A stretch of 64,000 nt of DNA, taken from the IMG/VR virus record IMGVR_UViG_3300043410_001892, positions 308,174 to 372,173 of that record. One strand, given 5' to 3'. Both the position numbers and the translations under genes were made by a program. This document shows positions 1 to 12,269 of the stretch, piece after piece (within the stretch, counting starts at the first letter, position 1; each line of letters begins with the position of its first letter). The notes under the pieces were generated by a model. The model was not told the DNA's origin, searched no databases, and saw nothing but the letters and a program-made list of their open reading frames with translations.

Positions 1-3000
1 TATATTTGATGCTTTAAATAACTTAACAATGTTGATTGAATCGTTAGCAGTGTAAGATACTGAAGTAGTAGTTACATCTTGTCCCCAAACAAAATACAAT
101 CCGGTAATAGCTGGGAAATTTCCAGGATCTTGAATTGTAATTGAGTCATATGTAGATGAAACTGGTATAAAGACTTTATCGTAACTAGTTGCAGTATTTC
201 TAATTCTTACTCGATTAGTTTTGTTACGTATATTAGATGGGTTAAAGTATAACGTAATATAATCTGAAACAATAGTAGTTGAAACGAATGTATTTTTTTC
301 AAATGCATATACATTAGCAATAGATGGATTTGTGCTAAACCCAGTTCTACCAGTAATATAAATTAGTTCATCATACCATATTGGAGCAGTTGCACTTGTT
401 ATAGTTGATAATTCTTTACTTTGATAATTTCCAATTTTAACTGAAGTTAGAGCCAATAATTGTTTAGCAACATTGCCTTGTTTAATTTGGTTATTATCAT
501 TTGTAAGTTTAACTAGTTGTTTTGCCAATGTTCCGCTTACTGGAGCATCTACTAATTGACCTTGAAACTGTTTAACTTGTTTAATCAGTGGTACTGAATT
601 TGGATCAGTATAAGTTACATCAGTTTGTGTAGTTGAACGACCCCATGTGAAGTACATTCCTGAGATAGGAGGAAATTCGCGTGGTGCTTCGATTGTTACT
701 GAGTTAACAGTGGATGACACTACATTAAAGATTTGATTGTATCCAGTGTAAAGTTGTACAACACGAATTTTATCACCACCATTATATAAAGTTCTACCTG
801 TGTATAACGTGATGTAATTAGATGCAAGAGCAGTTGGTAAAATGATGTTTAAATCAAACTCGTACCATGCTGCAACTGATGGATTTGTGCTATGTCCACT
901 AATACCACTAACTGTAATCTGATCTGTATACCATATTACGGTTGGGAATGTTATACTTGTTGCACGTTCTGTACTTGCATATTTTCTATCAGATGTAAGT
1001 TTGACAATTTGTTTTGCTAAGTTGCCTGAAGTAACAGTTGTTCTATCAGATGCTACTTTAACTGATAGTGTGGTACTACTTACTTTGATAGCACTTGGTT
1101 CAGCTTTAACTATTATTCCTTTTAATTTTACACTATCGGATGACATCTTAGCAAGTGTATCTCTTAGTGAAATTTTAGAATTTATTAATATTCCATTAGC
1201 AGGAGTTACACTTGATGAACCTAATCCGGCTGAACCTTTGTTTAATGGTCTTAGCATTGAATAGTACAAGTTTTCTCTTGAATTAGTTGGGATAACAGTA
1301 GTTACTACTTGAGATTGTAAGTATACCGAAGCAGTAATTCGTTCTATATACAAGTTATCCATTGGCAATATAGTTGCTGGTTGTAAGAAACTAATTGAAT
1401 TGACTGTACCTGTAATTACTGTAGCAGTAATTGACATTAGGTCAGATGATATTTTTACAGTTGTGCCATTAGGATATGGAACTGCTAATTGCGTATCAAA
1501 GAATAATGTTTTAATAGTTGCAGGCGCAGATGTTGTAGTAATAACATTATTTTCAAACGTATACCACTGTAATATGTTGTTAGTTGCTGTTATTAAGTCA
1601 GATGTTTGTCTTGTAGCAAGTAATTTAAAATCACCTGTTATTTTCGTATCTTGGAAAACTTCAAGTCTGTTAGGTTGGCTAACATTTGTAACACCTGCAG
1701 CTCTATTACCAATTGAGTAATTAAATCCACGTAAGTTAGGTAATGTTTCAGTTGCGTACAAGTTTTCTCTTGGTAATGTAGTTTGAATAACAACACCGTA
1801 TTGCATTAATTGTGAAGCAACTAATGATCTACTGTATACTGGGTTTGAAACACTAACAATTGTCATACCGCTAATACTTGATGGAAAACCATCAACTTTT
1901 GCAAATGTTATGCTAAATGGTGTAGTTGATATTAGTTGTACAGTTGCAGAAAATCCACTTGATAACTGTTCAATTTTAACATAGTTGTTTTCATAGAATA
2001 GTTTAACTAAACCTTGTGTTGGACTATTAAATGTTAATGTCTGTGTTAATCCAGGAGTTGGTGTAGTTGATGCAACTATTTGATTTTCGTAAATATACCA
2101 AGATACAATATCATAGACTGCAGATTGACCAGTAACTGTTACTGGATTACCTTCAACTACATTATTAAAGTTAGATAACGCATACGATTTAACTGGGTCA
2201 CTTGGTACAGTAAATTTACTGTTAGCTGTAGGAGAAGTTGAAATCCCAGTTGGAATACCAAGTGGATTCATTTTTGCATATATTACTACTGGTGTTGCAT
2301 CACTAGAGTTTCCTGCATTAATATTAGATAAAACGCCGTATACTTCTTTATAAGTTTTTGCACTATATTTTTGAGGTACTACTTTTGAATAGAAGAAGTA
2401 ATCACATGGTCTTGATGCAGCACCATTTATAAGAATTGAATTTTGATCAATATAGTAATCAGTTGTAGCATATACCCCTATACCAGTATAGTTGATAGGA
2501 GGAAGTTGATCAATTTTAAGTTCGGGCAGTGTTGCAAGTTTATGTTTAAGTTTGGTTACTGTTTCAGTAGACAGTGCAATGTTATTACCTCTAACACCTA
2601 ATTTAATCTTTGTTAACGCTGATGCAGGTGTTGCGAATACATGTGTATTTGTAACAGTAAGTTTCATAAGTTTAGAAACTAGTAATTGCGTTGGTTCAGA
2701 TCTTACAGTTATTAGTTGTTTAGACATACTGCTCAATGATGATAGAGGATTAGGTGCAATTCCATTAACACTTCCGGTTAATTTAATAAAATTACCAATG
2801 AGTGGAAGAACTGGTAATGATTTAGCAAATATAACCTGCTTGCTTAATTGAGAATAACTAATATCTGCCGATACTGTTTTTAATTTTGTAATTGATTTAG
2901 ACAACCCTGATGACACAGGTGCTTCAAATACTTGAGAAGCTCCTGGTTTGTATTTTGTCATAGGTGACATAGAAATTACTGTTTTATCGGCTACTAATTT

Positions 3001-4599
3001 TGCTAATACTTTTTCTAATACAGCTGATCTAAGGTTGTTTCCAGACCCAGTACCTATAATTCGTACTCCAGATCGCAATCCAGGGCTTAAATTAAAGTAG
3101 TATAGATTTTCTCGAGGATTAACCGGTGTAGTTACTAATGAAACATTTTCTTGAGGAAATACGGATTTTGTAAAGTTATCAATGTATGTCCCATCAGTAA
3201 GGAATGCGTCAGACGTATCTAATATTACTGAATTGTTAGTACCTAATGCCACTGTGAATAATTTTGAATATCCATTTGTATTGTTTCTAAGTCTAATAGT
3301 GCTACCAGTTGGAAATGGTATTACGATTTGATTTTCAAAATATACAGTTTTAACTAATACTGCAGATGTGCCATATGTTAAAATATCAGAGTCGAATGCA
3401 TACCAAATACTTGTATTTGGATTTATAGTTATAAGATCAACTGATTGGCCAGTTATTGCAAAATTCTTATCACCAGTAAGAGCTTGATGTGTAAATGTTT
3501 CTAATTTGCTGTAGCTTGCTAATAAACGAGAATCTGCAAAGAATTGAGAAGTAGAAAATTTTACACCTCTAAAGTTTGGCAAATTTTCAGATGCAAATAA
3601 GTTCTCACGGGCCTTAGTAAGATTAGAAGGAACACCTTTACTTAACATTTCTGACTGCACTACAGATTTTGGATATACTTCCATAGTAACATTTACTAAT
3701 CTCAACGCTCCAGTATTTGTAGTAGGAAACCCGTCAACTACATCAAAAGTAATGCTTGCAACTGATGCTTCTCTAATTTGTACAATTGCACCAAACCCGG
3801 TTGTATCGTATGATATTTTAATTTTTTGATCTTTCTTATATCTTATTGATCCATTTTGAGAATTATCAAAGTATAACGTCTGTGTATTAACTACAGTCCG
3901 AGGTGATGATGTTAAAATTGCAGATTCTTTAATATACCAATCAACAACATTATACCCTAGATTGTACTGTCCGTTAATATATATTGGATTGTCAATTTCA
4001 GTTGATACGTTGTCAAACCAAGATAATTTAGGTGATACTTCTGGTAAGGTTGTAGTATTAAAGTTGTAATACCAACGTTTTGCAGATGTTGCTCCAGGTG
4101 CTGGAAAAGTAGTTGGTGCAGACGGCACAGGTGTACCTGGAAATAAATCAGTAGTAACGTTTACTAATCTAAGTCCGGCGGTATTAACTATTGGAAATCC
4201 ATCAAAGATATCAAAGGTAATACTTATTGGTGTAGATTCTTTAATAGTTACGATCTTGGAAAAACCGTCTCCAAGATATGTTAGTTTAATATCAGTATTT
4301 TTTCGATATAAGATCGCCCCAACTTTATCGGTATTATTAAGATATAAGGTTTGAGTTATAACCGGAGTTCTTATTGTTTTTGTAAGAATATTGCTTACAC
4401 TGCTAAGATACCAATCTGCTACATTATATGCAACATTGTATTGGCTACTTATGTAAGTAGGCGAATCAGTTTCAACTGGACTGTTTAAATATGTTGATAA
4501 TTTTCCAAAAACAGATGGAAGATCACATGAAACAAAGCTATCGGTTAATTGAAATGAGTTTGGTGCACCAGGTGCTGGAAAAATAATATTAGTAGTCAT
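1..4599 (-). CDS. Very large (>1530 aa) repeat-containing putative virion structural protein, 3' end outside window
   Basis: ATG at 4599 (MTTNIIFPAPGAPNSFQ...). Frame read open at both ends and in sampled internal parts, running off position 1, so absent from the ORF track. Recurrent modules ..WY..//..SITF..(V)DGFP..//..PRENL(Y/F).. ; late-promoter-like TAAATA just upstream. Confidence 0.85.
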   Translation of the reverse strand, partial: MTTNIIFPAPGAPNSFQLTDSFVSCDLPSVFGKLSTYLNSPVETDSPTYISSQYNVAYNVADWYLSSVSNILTKTIRTPVITQTLYLNNTDKVGAILYRKNTDIKLTYLGDGFSKIVTIKESTPISITFDIFDGFPIVNTAGLRLVNVTTDLFPGTPVPSAPTTFPAPGATSAKRWYYNFNTTTLPEVSPKLSWFDNVSTEIDNPIYINGQYNLGYNVVDWYIKESAILTSSPRTVVNTQTLYFDNSQNGSIRYKKDQKIKISYDTTGFGAIVQIREASVASITFDVVDGFPTTNTGALRLVNVTMEVYPKSVVQSEMLSKGVPSNLTKARENLFASENLPNFRGVKFSTSQFFADSRLLASYSKLETFTHQALTGDKNFAITGQSVDLITINPNTSIWYAFDSDILTYGTSAVLVKTVYFENQIVIPFPTGSTIRLRNNTNGYSKLFTVALGTNNSVILDTSDAFLTDGTYIDNFTKSVFPQENVSLVTTPVNPRENLYYFNLSPGLRSGVRIIGTGSGNNLRSAVLEKVLAKLVADKTVISMSPMTKYKPGASQVFEAPVSSGLSKSITKLKTVSADISYSQLSKQVIFAKSLPVLPLIGNFIKLTGSVNGIAPNPLSSLSSMSKQLITVRSEPTQLLVSKLMKLTVTNTHVFATPASALTKIKLGVRGNNIALSTETVTKLKHKLATLPELKIDQLPPINYTGIGVYATTDYYIDQNSILINGAASRPCDYFFYSKVVPQKYSAKTYKEVYGVLSNINAGNSSDATPVVIYAKMNPLGIPTGISTSPTANSKFTVPSDPVKSYALSNFNNVVEGNPVTVTGQSAVYDIVSWYIYENQIVASTTPTPGLTQTLTFNSPTQGLVKLFYENNYVKIEQLSSGFSATVQLISTTPFSITFAKVDGFPSSISGMTIVSVSNPVYSRSLVASQLMQYGVVIQTTLPRENLYATETLPNLRGFNYSIGNRAAGVTNVSQPNRLEVFQDTKITGDFKLLATRQTSDLITATNNILQWYTFENNVITTTSAPATIKTLFFDTQLAVPYPNGTTVKISSDLMSITATVITGTVNSISFLQPATILPMDNLYIERITASVYLQSQVVTTVIPTNSRENLYYSMLRPLNKGSAGLGSSSVTPANGILINSKISLRDTLAKMSSDSVKLKGIIVKAEPSAIKVSSTTLSVKVASDRTTVTSGNLAKQIVKLTSDRKYASTERATSITFPTVIWYTDQITVSGISGHSTNPSVAAWYEFDLNIILPTALASNYITLYTGRTLYNGGDKIRVVQLYTGYNQIFNVVSSTVNSVTIEAPREFPPISGMYFTWGRSTTQTDVTYTDPNSVPLIKQVKQFQGQLVDAPVSGTLAKQLVKLTNDNNQIKQGNVAKQLLALTSVKIGNYQSKELSTITSATAPIWYDELIYITGRTGFSTNPSIANVYAFEKNTFVSTTIVSDYITLYFNPSNIRNKTNRVRIRNTATSYDKVFIPVSSTYDSITIQDPGNFPAITGLYFVWGQDVTTTSVSYTANDSINIVKLFKASNI

Positions 4600-4612
4600 G
4601 TTATTATTTACC

Positions 4613-4643
4613 AAAAAAATAGCTGCGGGTTAGGCAGCTATTT
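4613..4643 (-). terminator. Rho-independent terminator
   Basis: AATAGCTGC/GCAGCTATT stem followed by a T7 run on the minus strand, just after the 1021-aa gene. Confidence 0.8.
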
Positions 4644-4668
4644 CTTGTTTACCTAAACAACTGGTAAA

Positions 4669-7600
4669 TTATGCAGGAATTGCAAATCTAAAGTTGTTTA
4701 CAAATACTGCAGAAGGAGTAGTACTGTTTGATGCAGTAGTATCTTCTAAACTACGATATTGTGCAGTTACAGGAACGTTTGGTGATGCTACGTTAACGAT
4801 TGTAAATCTATAAGTTTCAACACCTGTTTTAGTTGATGTAACACTGTTACCAGGTGATGTAACAACCCAGTGATCAGTTGCAGGAGCAGTTGAATCATAG
4901 AAATCATTTACTGTATCAACAGTTACACTTACTGTATCCATCAATGAACCTAATGCACTTGGAATTACTTTTAAACCAAAAATTCTTCCACGGATATCTG
5001 GATCATATGCAGGCCCCATAACAACTACTGGGCTAAACATAAAGCGTTTGCTGTTATAAACGTTAGAGTTAACAGGTACTAAATTTCCTAAGTGCGGCAT
5101 TGGGAACGCGTTTGTAACTGTAGCAGTCATTAAACCTGCAGAAAGTGTACCAGGAGAATTACCATACATACCAGTTGCACTTTGTTCAATTAAATGTCCC
5201 CAACGTCCAGTAGTAATTGTACATGCTGAATAAACATGAGCATTTTTACCAATTAAGTCACCACTACTTACATGCACACGTGGGCAAGCATAGATACCAC
5301 CATGTACTGACAAGTTAACACTGTTTAATGTGTAGTCACTCGGAGCAGTTGGAATTTGTGATGATCCAGTTGGGAATCTATCAGAATGGAAGTATGCAAA
5401 GCAAGGCCATGGACTGATGTTTGGTTGTCCAGTAGGCGAAATACTTGTGAAATAGTTTACACCATTTGAAGTAGTTGTTCCTAAACCTGTACCAACGTCT
5501 TCTGGTTGTGCTCTTTCAAATTCAATACAACCTAACCATGATTTTTGTACATTTAAGAATGATTTACCTTGGATAATAAAGTATCTTGGTTTAGCAAACA
5601 AATACAAGAAACCACCTGCAGTCAGCGATGTAGTTGTACGATCGATAACAGCACTTACTGAAGCTGTGTTATCACTTAAATCAGCTTTGTTTAAACCAAC
5701 ACCACCTGATTGTCCAAGTCCAGCAACCCAACGTTCGTATACAACTAAGTTATATGCACCGTCAGATGTAGCAAATGTACCTGTTGATTGCATTGGCCAC
5801 CAACGGAATCCAAAGTATTTACGATCTAAGCTTTGGTTAAACAATGCAACCGATGCTTCAGCTGATTTGTTTGGAGCTGAGTAAATAAATTCAATAAACT
5901 CGTTTTGTCCTGAAGAAGGTGTTGGGCACCAAACTGCTGGAGATTGTGCTGCTGCAATTTGTGATACTGGAATTGAGTTACGTAATGGTGTACCAAGTAC
6001 TAAGTTGTATGGACCAGCACCTGTTTGTGATACGATATATGTATACAATGGAACAGTTCTAAAAATTGGTGTAATACCAACTGTTGCTGCAAATGAATAA
6101 CTTGCAGTGAATGCAGAATCAGATGTAATAGATGCAACGGTTGTGTAAACACCTGCGATACATACTTCAGCACCGACATGTAATTCAGTTCCAAATTTAG
6201 TACCATAACCTGTAACAGTTGTACCTGCACCAGTAACAGCAACTGAACCAGTTAACATAACAGGAGGTCCGCCAGCATTTTGAATTTTGATAAAGTTGTT
6301 AACTGTGTTAATACCTGAAACTGTGTTTACAGTAATTGATGTAGCACCAATTGTTGCTGCAGTAGTAACATAAGATACAGTTGAGAATTTACCAATTGCA
6401 GTTGCACCTTCACGTGTACCTTCTAATACATAACCGTGAATTTTTTTCTTTTTGTATACAGTTGACAATGCAGGAATTGTAGGCATATCTTGTCCTACGC
6501 GGAACATTGTATCACTGATGATTTGAACAACAGTTGCTTCAGTTCCATTAACAATAATATCGTCACCTACACGCAATTCTTGTGATAACACAGTATTACC
6601 TGATTGAACATACGCAATCAATGTGTCATCTTTTCTAAATGGAGATGCCGAAATTGCTTCACGAATAGTACCATCAGTACCGCCTGATGAATATGTCGGT
6701 GCAGATAAAGTTGCAGCGTTGTATGCAGTTGGAGTGAATGTACGTAATTCATCACCAATCCATACTTGACTTGCAGCTAATGGTAAATCCCAGTAGAAGT
6801 TAGCACCAACTACGTTACCTGGTATAACTGCTGAAGCACCGGCTGCAACAGCGATAGTTCCACGTGGGTATGATTTTACTTTTAAGTTACTGTCAAAGAA
6901 ATCAAAACCAGCGTTAACTGTTAGTTGTGTGTTGCTAAGAATTGCAGTAATTTGTCTAACACGACCACCGATTACAATTGTTCTACCAGCAACACCGTTG
7001 ATTGCTTTGTAAATTGCTGATGCAGTTGAAATTGCAGATGCAGGCGGTACTGTTACAGTTGCAGTTGTATCATTAGTTACAGTTGCAATTGTGAAGTAGT
7101 TACTTGCACCAATTCTAATTGAATCACCAGGTTGTAATGCTGTAGTTGAAAGACCAGTACCTGTTGCAAATTGTGAATTAACACCAGTAATAACACCGTC
7201 TGTACCAACTGTAACGGTTACTGCAGCAGTACCTGTAAGTTGTACGTCGGTTACTTGGTTTGTAAGTTCACTTAAAAAGTATGTTCCAGTACCGTTAACG
7301 ATTGTGCTGTTTAAATCCGCTGTAACTGCAACAGATCCGCTAATGATATTTGAAAAATTGTAGTACCCTGTACCAGTTGTTGTGTTGTTAGCTGTCCCCA
7401 ATAAAGTATAGTTAATAACTTTAATTGAAGATGCAGTTGTAACTGCAGGGCTAAATGCTTGAGTTACAGTAAAACTTGTATCAGAAGCAACTGATTGTAC
7501 AATACGCAATTGCCCGGCAAGCATGATAGTATCGCCTGCTCTTACTTGTGTGTTAAAAATTGTGTTGTTTGTACCAGTAACAGTTGTGCTTGCTGCTGTT

Positions 7601-7734
7601 GCTGTCCCCTGTAACGTATCGTTTCGTAACCATTTGTCAACAGTTGCGAAAGTAGGCCATTGTTCAGAACCTGTACCACTTGCTGGGTATGTGATTGCTG
7701 CACTATTTCTGCCAAGTTCGTTAAGTACTGCCAT
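4669..7734 (-). CDS. Putative tail/virion structural protein with repeated beta-rich modules
   Basis: 1021 aa, T/G/S/V-rich; about 6 repeats of GT.T.F...GD.I.I.G..R.V..(V/I).SDT..TV; AGGAG RBS and late promoter upstream. Confidence 0.7.
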   Translation of the reverse strand: MAVLNELGRNSAAITYPASGTGSEQWPTFATVDKWLRNDTLQGTATAASTTVTGTNNTIFNTQVRAGDTIMLAGQLRIVQSVASDTSFTVTQAFSPAVTTASSIKVINYTLLGTANNTTTGTGYYNFSNIISGSVAVTADLNSTIVNGTGTYFLSELTNQVTDVQLTGTAAVTVTVGTDGVITGVNSQFATGTGLSTTALQPGDSIRIGASNYFTIATVTNDTTATVTVPPASAISTASAIYKAINGVAGRTIVIGGRVRQITAILSNTQLTVNAGFDFFDSNLKVKSYPRGTIAVAAGASAVIPGNVVGANFYWDLPLAASQVWIGDELRTFTPTAYNAATLSAPTYSSGGTDGTIREAISASPFRKDDTLIAYVQSGNTVLSQELRVGDDIIVNGTEATVVQIISDTMFRVGQDMPTIPALSTVYKKKKIHGYVLEGTREGATAIGKFSTVSYVTTAATIGATSITVNTVSGINTVNNFIKIQNAGGPPVMLTGSVAVTGAGTTVTGYGTKFGTELHVGAEVCIAGVYTTVASITSDSAFTASYSFAATVGITPIFRTVPLYTYIVSQTGAGPYNLVLGTPLRNSIPVSQIAAAQSPAVWCPTPSSGQNEFIEFIYSAPNKSAEASVALFNQSLDRKYFGFRWWPMQSTGTFATSDGAYNLVVYERWVAGLGQSGGVGLNKADLSDNTASVSAVIDRTTTSLTAGGFLYLFAKPRYFIIQGKSFLNVQKSWLGCIEFERAQPEDVGTGLGTTTSNGVNYFTSISPTGQPNISPWPCFAYFHSDRFPTGSSQIPTAPSDYTLNSVNLSVHGGIYACPRVHVSSGDLIGKNAHVYSACTITTGRWGHLIEQSATGMYGNSPGTLSAGLMTATVTNAFPMPHLGNLVPVNSNVYNSKRFMFSPVVVMGPAYDPDIRGRIFGLKVIPSALGSLMDTVSVTVDTVNDFYDSTAPATDHWVVTSPGNSVTSTKTGVETYRFTIVNVASPNVPVTAQYRSLEDTTASNSTTPSAVFVNNFRFAIPA

Positions 7735-7794
7735 TTTTTATTCTCCTTATTAATGAAGTAAGCTCGTCACTTCGATAAATGTATTTAGTTTATT

Positions 7795-9009
7795 TCACTG
7801 ATTATAAAGTAAAGTTAGACTAAAATTAGTACCTGCTCCTGCCACTACGCTAACCGTAAGTCGATCATTTGTATTGATACCAATTTGTAAACCAGTGTAC
7901 ATTGCTGTAATATTTGGTGCGTCAATTTGAAAAAATTGAACTAAGTCACCGCTTTTATATAATCCAACCATTATTTGTGAGGTTGTCATATTACCAACTG
8001 TTAGCTGTACAGATGTTATTAGTGAAGTAGCAACTGGAACAAAAATTGCACTTCCTAAAAGTGGTGCATGGAATTCTCCTAATATATTAAATGTTTTAAT
8101 TATAACAGGTGGGACATTATTTAAATCTTCGTAACTACCAGTTTTTGCTACAGTTGATAATCCTAAATTTGTAAATGCATTTAATTTTTCAGTATCTGAC
8201 AGATTTTGATTATTAACATCATATCTTATTGATGCAGTTACAAATTCAGTATATTCTAATCCATCTGCAGTAGAATTAACTCTTAAAACATTACCAGCTG
8301 CCCCGATTGGTAATGTAGTCATCTCATTATTAAGAGAACCAATTAGTATATCATTGGGATTAATAGATGAAAGACCAGTACCACCGTATTGTGGAGTTAT
8401 AACAGTACCATTCCACTCACCGGTAGTAATTGTTCCTAATGTAGTGATACTTGTTTGACCAACGTATGTGCTATCGATATCAATATTGGTAGTTGATACT
8501 ACAATTCGTCCATCAGTTCCTGCTTGTATTATCCCAGGAGGTCCTTGTTCACCTGTTGCACCGGTTGCACCAGTTGGTCCTTGTACACCAGGTACACCTT
8601 GTGGACCAGTATCACCTGTATCACCTTTAGGTCCTTGTAATCCGGTTTCTCCTTGTGGTCCAGTTAAACCAATAGGACCTTGATCACCAGTATCTCCCTT
8701 AGGTCCCTGTAAACCAGTTTCTCCTTGTGGTCCAGCAGGTCCAGTTTCACCTGTATCACCCTTAGGTCCTTGTAATCCAGTTTCACCTTGTGGTCCAGCA
8801 GGTCCAGTTTCACCTTGTGGACCAGTTGCACCCGGAATACCTTGTCCACCTGTTGAATATGGTAAATCATTCCATCGATGAATTCCATCACCAATCTTAA
8901 ATTTACCACCTTGATCTAATTCAATTGCTAATTCACCTTCAGCAAGAAGTGGATTATAATAAGTCCAGTCTGCCGCGAGTCCTCGCCGTAGTTGTAGCTG
9001 ATTAGCCAT
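7795..9009 (-). CDS. Collagen-like fibre protein with Mtd-like N-terminal domain
   Basis: N-term LRRG..ADW....LAEGE.AIELD..KFKIGDG..WNDLPY, then about 35 Gly-X-Y triplets. Confidence 0.8.
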   Translation of the reverse strand: MANQLQLRRGLAADWTYYNPLLAEGELAIELDQGGKFKIGDGIHRWNDLPYSTGGQGIPGATGPQGETGPAGPQGETGLQGPKGDTGETGPAGPQGETGLQGPKGDTGDQGPIGLTGPQGETGLQGPKGDTGDTGPQGVPGVQGPTGATGATGEQGPPGIIQAGTDGRIVVSTTNIDIDSTYVGQTSITTLGTITTGEWNGTVITPQYGGTGLSSINPNDILIGSLNNEMTTLPIGAAGNVLRVNSTADGLEYTEFVTASIRYDVNNQNLSDTEKLNAFTNLGLSTVAKTGSYEDLNNVPPVIIKTFNILGEFHAPLLGSAIFVPVATSLITSVQLTVGNMTTSQIMVGLYKSGDLVQFFQIDAPNITAMYTGLQIGINTNDRLTVSVVAGAGTNFSLTLLYNQ

Positions 9010-11056
9010 TTATTCCTCCAAAATCAAAGGTTACTAATCCGCCGTATACTGAATTAGGTCCACCTCCGTCTATCATAAATTGTGATAAATCACCTTTAGG
9101 TCCTTGTGGTCCAATCGGACCAATATCACCTGTGTCGCCTTTAGGTCCTTGCGGTCCTACAGCTCCGTCTATTCCTTGTCTTCCGTCAACACCGGCAGGT
9201 CCTTGTTCTCCCTGAGGTCCTTGTGGACCAATTGGTCCAGTTTCACCTTGAATTCCTTGAATTCCTTGTGGACCAGTTTCGCCTTGAATTCCTTGAATTC
9301 CTTGTGGACCTTGATCTCCGGTATCGCCTTTAGGTCCCTGTATGCCTTGAATCCCTTGTGGACCAGTTAAACCAATTTCTCCTTTAAGACCTTGTTCGCC
9401 TTGTGGTCCTTGTGGCCCAATCGGTCCAGTTAAACCAGTTAAACCACGTGGTCCTTGTTCTCCCTGAAGGCCTTGAGGTCCTTGGTCGCCTTGTGGACCA
9501 ATTAATCCTGCAGGTCCTTGTGGTCCTTGTGGCCCAGTTAAACCATCTGCTCCCTGTGGTCCTTGTGGTCCAACAGCACCAGTTAAACCAGTAGCGCCAG
9601 TTAGTCCGCGTTCTCCCTGAAGTCCCTGCGGACCTTGCGGTCCTTGTGGACCAGTTAAACCAGTAGCACCTGTTGCACCAGTTAACCCCTGTGGTCCTTG
9701 AGCACCTTGTTCGCCTTGAGGACCAGTAGCACCAGTTAAACCACGTAGACCTTGCGGTCCTGTTGGTCCAATTTCTCCTTGTGGTCCTTGTATACCTTGA
9801 GCACCAGTTAATCCAGTTAAACCACGTTCCCCTTGTATACCTTGATCGCCTTGTGGTCCTTGTGGTCCAACAGCACCAGTAGCACCGGTAGCACCAGTTA
9901 GGCCACGCTCTCCTTGTATACCTTGCGGTCCTTGTGGTCCAACAGGACCAGTTGCGCCAGTTGCTCCTGTAGCGCCAGTTGCACCTGGTAATCCGTCTGC
10001 ACCTGCAGGGCCTTGTGGTCCAACTGCGCCAGTAGCACCAGTTAAACCAGTTAGTCCGCGTTCGCCTTGTAATCCCTGCGGTCCTTGTTCGCCTTGTGGT
10101 CCGGCAGCACCAGTTAAACCAGTTAGTCCGCGTTCTCCCTGCGGTCCTTGTGGTCCAATTGGTCCTTGTTCACCAGTAGCACCAGTTAAGCCGCGCGGTC
10201 CAGTCGGTCCTGCCGGTCCGGTATCGCCTTGTATACCTTGTGGACCAGTTGCGCCAGTAGCACCAGTTAAACCAGTAGCGCCAGTTAACCCCTGTGGTCC
10301 TTGTAATCCCTGTGGTCCTTGTGGGCCAACAGCACCAGTTGCACCAGTAGCGCCAGTAGCGCCTGGTAATCCGTCTGCACCTGCAGGTCCTTGTGGTCCA
10401 GTTGGTCCAGTTAAGCCAGTTAACCCACGTGGTCCTTGATCACCGGTATCACCTTTAGGTCCAGTTGGTCCAGTTAAACCAGTAGCACCAGTAGCACCAG
10501 TTAGTCCTCGTTCCCCTTGTATACCTTGAGGTCCGTCAGGTCCAGTTGGTCCGGTTAAACCAGTTAAACCACGTGGTCCTTGATCGCCTTGAGGTCCTTG
10601 TGGACCAGTTAAGCCTTGAGGTCCTTGTGGTCCAGCTGGGCCAGCTGGCCCTTGTGGTCCTGTAGTATATTCGACGCTAATAGTTCCGTCTGCGCTAACA
10701 GTAATACCAGAACCAATTTTAACACCGCCGAGGATAGATGAAGTAGCAATAGGTGTAGCAGATGCAGATCGCCATGTATTTGCATATCGGATATTTAGAT
10801 TGCCAGTTGTGGTATTCCACCACAAAGTACCTGGATCTAAAGAAGATGGAGGAGTGCTTGAAACGTAGATTGTTGCGTTGCCGGAACCCCCTCCACCTCC
10901 AGATCCTCCAAAGGTGAGTGGAATACCGCCAAGCGTTATACCGTCAGATAATCGTAAATCGCCGACATCTTCGTTATAAAATATAATACCTTTTTCGCCG
11001 ACAAAGTCGTCGGCATCAATTTTAACACGTCCTGATCTAATCTTTTGAGTGGTCAT
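9002..11056 (-). CDS. Collagen triple-helix repeat fibre protein
   Basis: About 175 consecutive Gly-X-Y triplets ([12 protein letters not shown]). Confidence 0.9.
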   Translation of the reverse strand: MTTQKIRSGRVKIDADDFVGEKGIIFYNEDVGDLRLSDGITLGGIPLTFGGSGGGGGSGNATIYVSSTPPSSLDPGTLWWNTTTGNLNIRYANTWRSASATPIATSSILGGVKIGSGITVSADGTISVEYTTGPQGPAGPAGPQGPQGLTGPQGPQGDQGPRGLTGLTGPTGPDGPQGIQGERGLTGATGATGLTGPTGPKGDTGDQGPRGLTGLTGPTGPQGPAGADGLPGATGATGATGAVGPQGPQGLQGPQGLTGATGLTGATGATGPQGIQGDTGPAGPTGPRGLTGATGEQGPIGPQGPQGERGLTGLTGAAGPQGEQGPQGLQGERGLTGLTGATGAVGPQGPAGADGLPGATGATGATGATGPVGPQGPQGIQGERGLTGATGATGAVGPQGPQGDQGIQGERGLTGLTGAQGIQGPQGEIGPTGPQGLRGLTGATGPQGEQGAQGPQGLTGATGATGLTGPQGPQGPQGLQGERGLTGATGLTGAVGPQGPQGADGLTGPQGPQGPAGLIGPQGDQGPQGLQGEQGPRGLTGLTGPIGPQGPQGEQGLKGEIGLTGPQGIQGIQGPKGDTGDQGPQGIQGIQGETGPQGIQGIQGETGPIGPQGPQGEQGPAGVDGRQGIDGAVGPQGPKGDTGDIGPIGPQGPKGDLSQFMIDGGGPNSVYGGLVTFDFGGING

Positions 11057-11106
11057 ACATGTATTTATTGTAGATTATCAAAAGATTAAGCAGGGTGTAT
11101 AAGTAA

Positions 11107-11340
11107 CTAGCGACGTCGTTTAGCTAGAATCGCTTCTTTTTCTAATTTTTTACGGTAACGTGCTTTTGCAGCGCCTGCTTCACGTTTACGCTTTGTAGTG
11201 GGTTTTTCGTAGAATTCTTTCTTACGTAGAGTTTCTAATTTATTTGAATCTTCAACTTTGCGTTTAAATCTACGCAATGCTTGTGTAATATTTTCATTTT
11301 CTCTTACTGAAACTTTAACTTTATTCTGCAGTGTTATCAT
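11107..11340 (-). CDS. rpsU: 30S ribosomal protein bS21
   Basis: [16 protein letters not shown].....[21 protein letters not shown] matches the bS21 signature; start reassigned to ATG 11340. Confidence 0.92.
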   Translation of the reverse strand: MITLQNKVKVSVRENENITQALRRFKRKVEDSNKLETLRKKEFYEKPTTKRKREAGAAKARYRKKLEKEAILAKRRR

Positions 11341-11728
11341 TATCTTCCTCATTGTTAATTTGATCAACTATCCAATCTAAATCAAAAATTCTATTTTTAG
11401 AAATTAAATTGTATGGTGTTAGTTCGTCGTTAGTTATATAATATGATTCTGGGTGTGTTAGCATAAAACTAATAAACAGTTTAGTAGTTGGATCACAATT
11501 ATCAACATCAATAATTATTACAGCTACTTGATGCATTACACTCAATAACCATTCAATATCTGGTTCGTCAGTATCGTAAATGAAGACATTCATGTCTTCA
11601 TCAGATTGACTAATAATAGTTTGAAAATTTTCTAAAACATTATTTGATGGACGTACTAATAAATAACCAACATCTAAATTAAAAAATTTATCTGGAGGAG
11701 TTATAACTGTAACTTTTCCTAAATTCAT
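11321..11728 (-). CDS. Hypothetical phage protein
   Basis: 135-aa ORF overlapping the rpsU start. Confidence 0.7.
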   Translation of the reverse strand: MNLGKVTVITPPDKFFNLDVGYLLVRPSNNVLENFQTIISQSDEDMNVFIYDTDEPDIEWLLSVMHQVAVIIIDVDNCDPTTKLFISFMLTHPESYYITNDELTPYNLISKNRIFDLDWIVDQINNEEDNDNTAE

Positions 11729-11736
11729 GTGACCTT

Positions 11737-12264
11737 CTATGTAGTGATTAGTTTTGTTTTGTATTTAGTGTAAAAACCTTTCACTGTTAAAGAAACCTTT
11801 TGAACACCGGTAATTCCAATTCTTTTAGCAGCTTCTTTTGAAAGATCAATGATTCTGCCTTTTAAAAATGGTCCGCGGTCATTGATTCTAACTAGTACTG
11901 ATTTATGATTTACATCATTAGTTACTTCAACAACTGTGCCAAATGGTAATGTCTTATGTGCTGCAGTTAGTTCTTTTGGACTAAAATATTCTCCGTTTGC
12001 AGTTTTTGGTCTGCGACGATATCTTGGTCCTGATTCATAACCATACCAGCTTGCATAACCATTCATGCTATCTCCAGATGCTAACGGATTTCTGTGTTTA
12101 TGTTTTCTGTGTTTTTTGAATAATGCAATTTTATGTTTCATTTTTGCATTGTGTTTAACTTGTTCGACATGTTTTTCGTTGACATGTTTTTGTGACGCAT
12201 CTACTGGAAATGCGGTTGAAATTAATGAGAGGGCAAGAAGCCCTATTGGTAGTGAATTTTTCAT
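11737..12264 (-). CDS. rlpA: RlpA-family septal ring lytic transglycosylase (DPBB) with N-terminal signal peptide
   Basis: G.ASWYG...TANGE.F....[16 protein letters not shown]...[19 protein letters not shown]; start [12 protein letters not shown] with AAAGGAG RBS. Confidence 0.9.
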   Translation of the reverse strand: MKNSLPIGLLALSLISTAFPVDASQKHVNEKHVEQVKHNAKMKHKIALFKKHRKHKHRNPLASGDSMNGYASWYGYESGPRYRRRPKTANGEYFSPKELTAAHKTLPFGTVVEVTNDVNHKSVLVRINDRGPFLKGRIIDLSKEAAKRIGITGVQKVSLTVKGFYTKYKTKLITT

Positions 12265-12269
12265 ATTTT

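Noticed and set aside
1001-2851. Plus-strand ORFs (and similar antisense ORFs throughout)
   Set aside because: Shadows of the long minus-strand CDS
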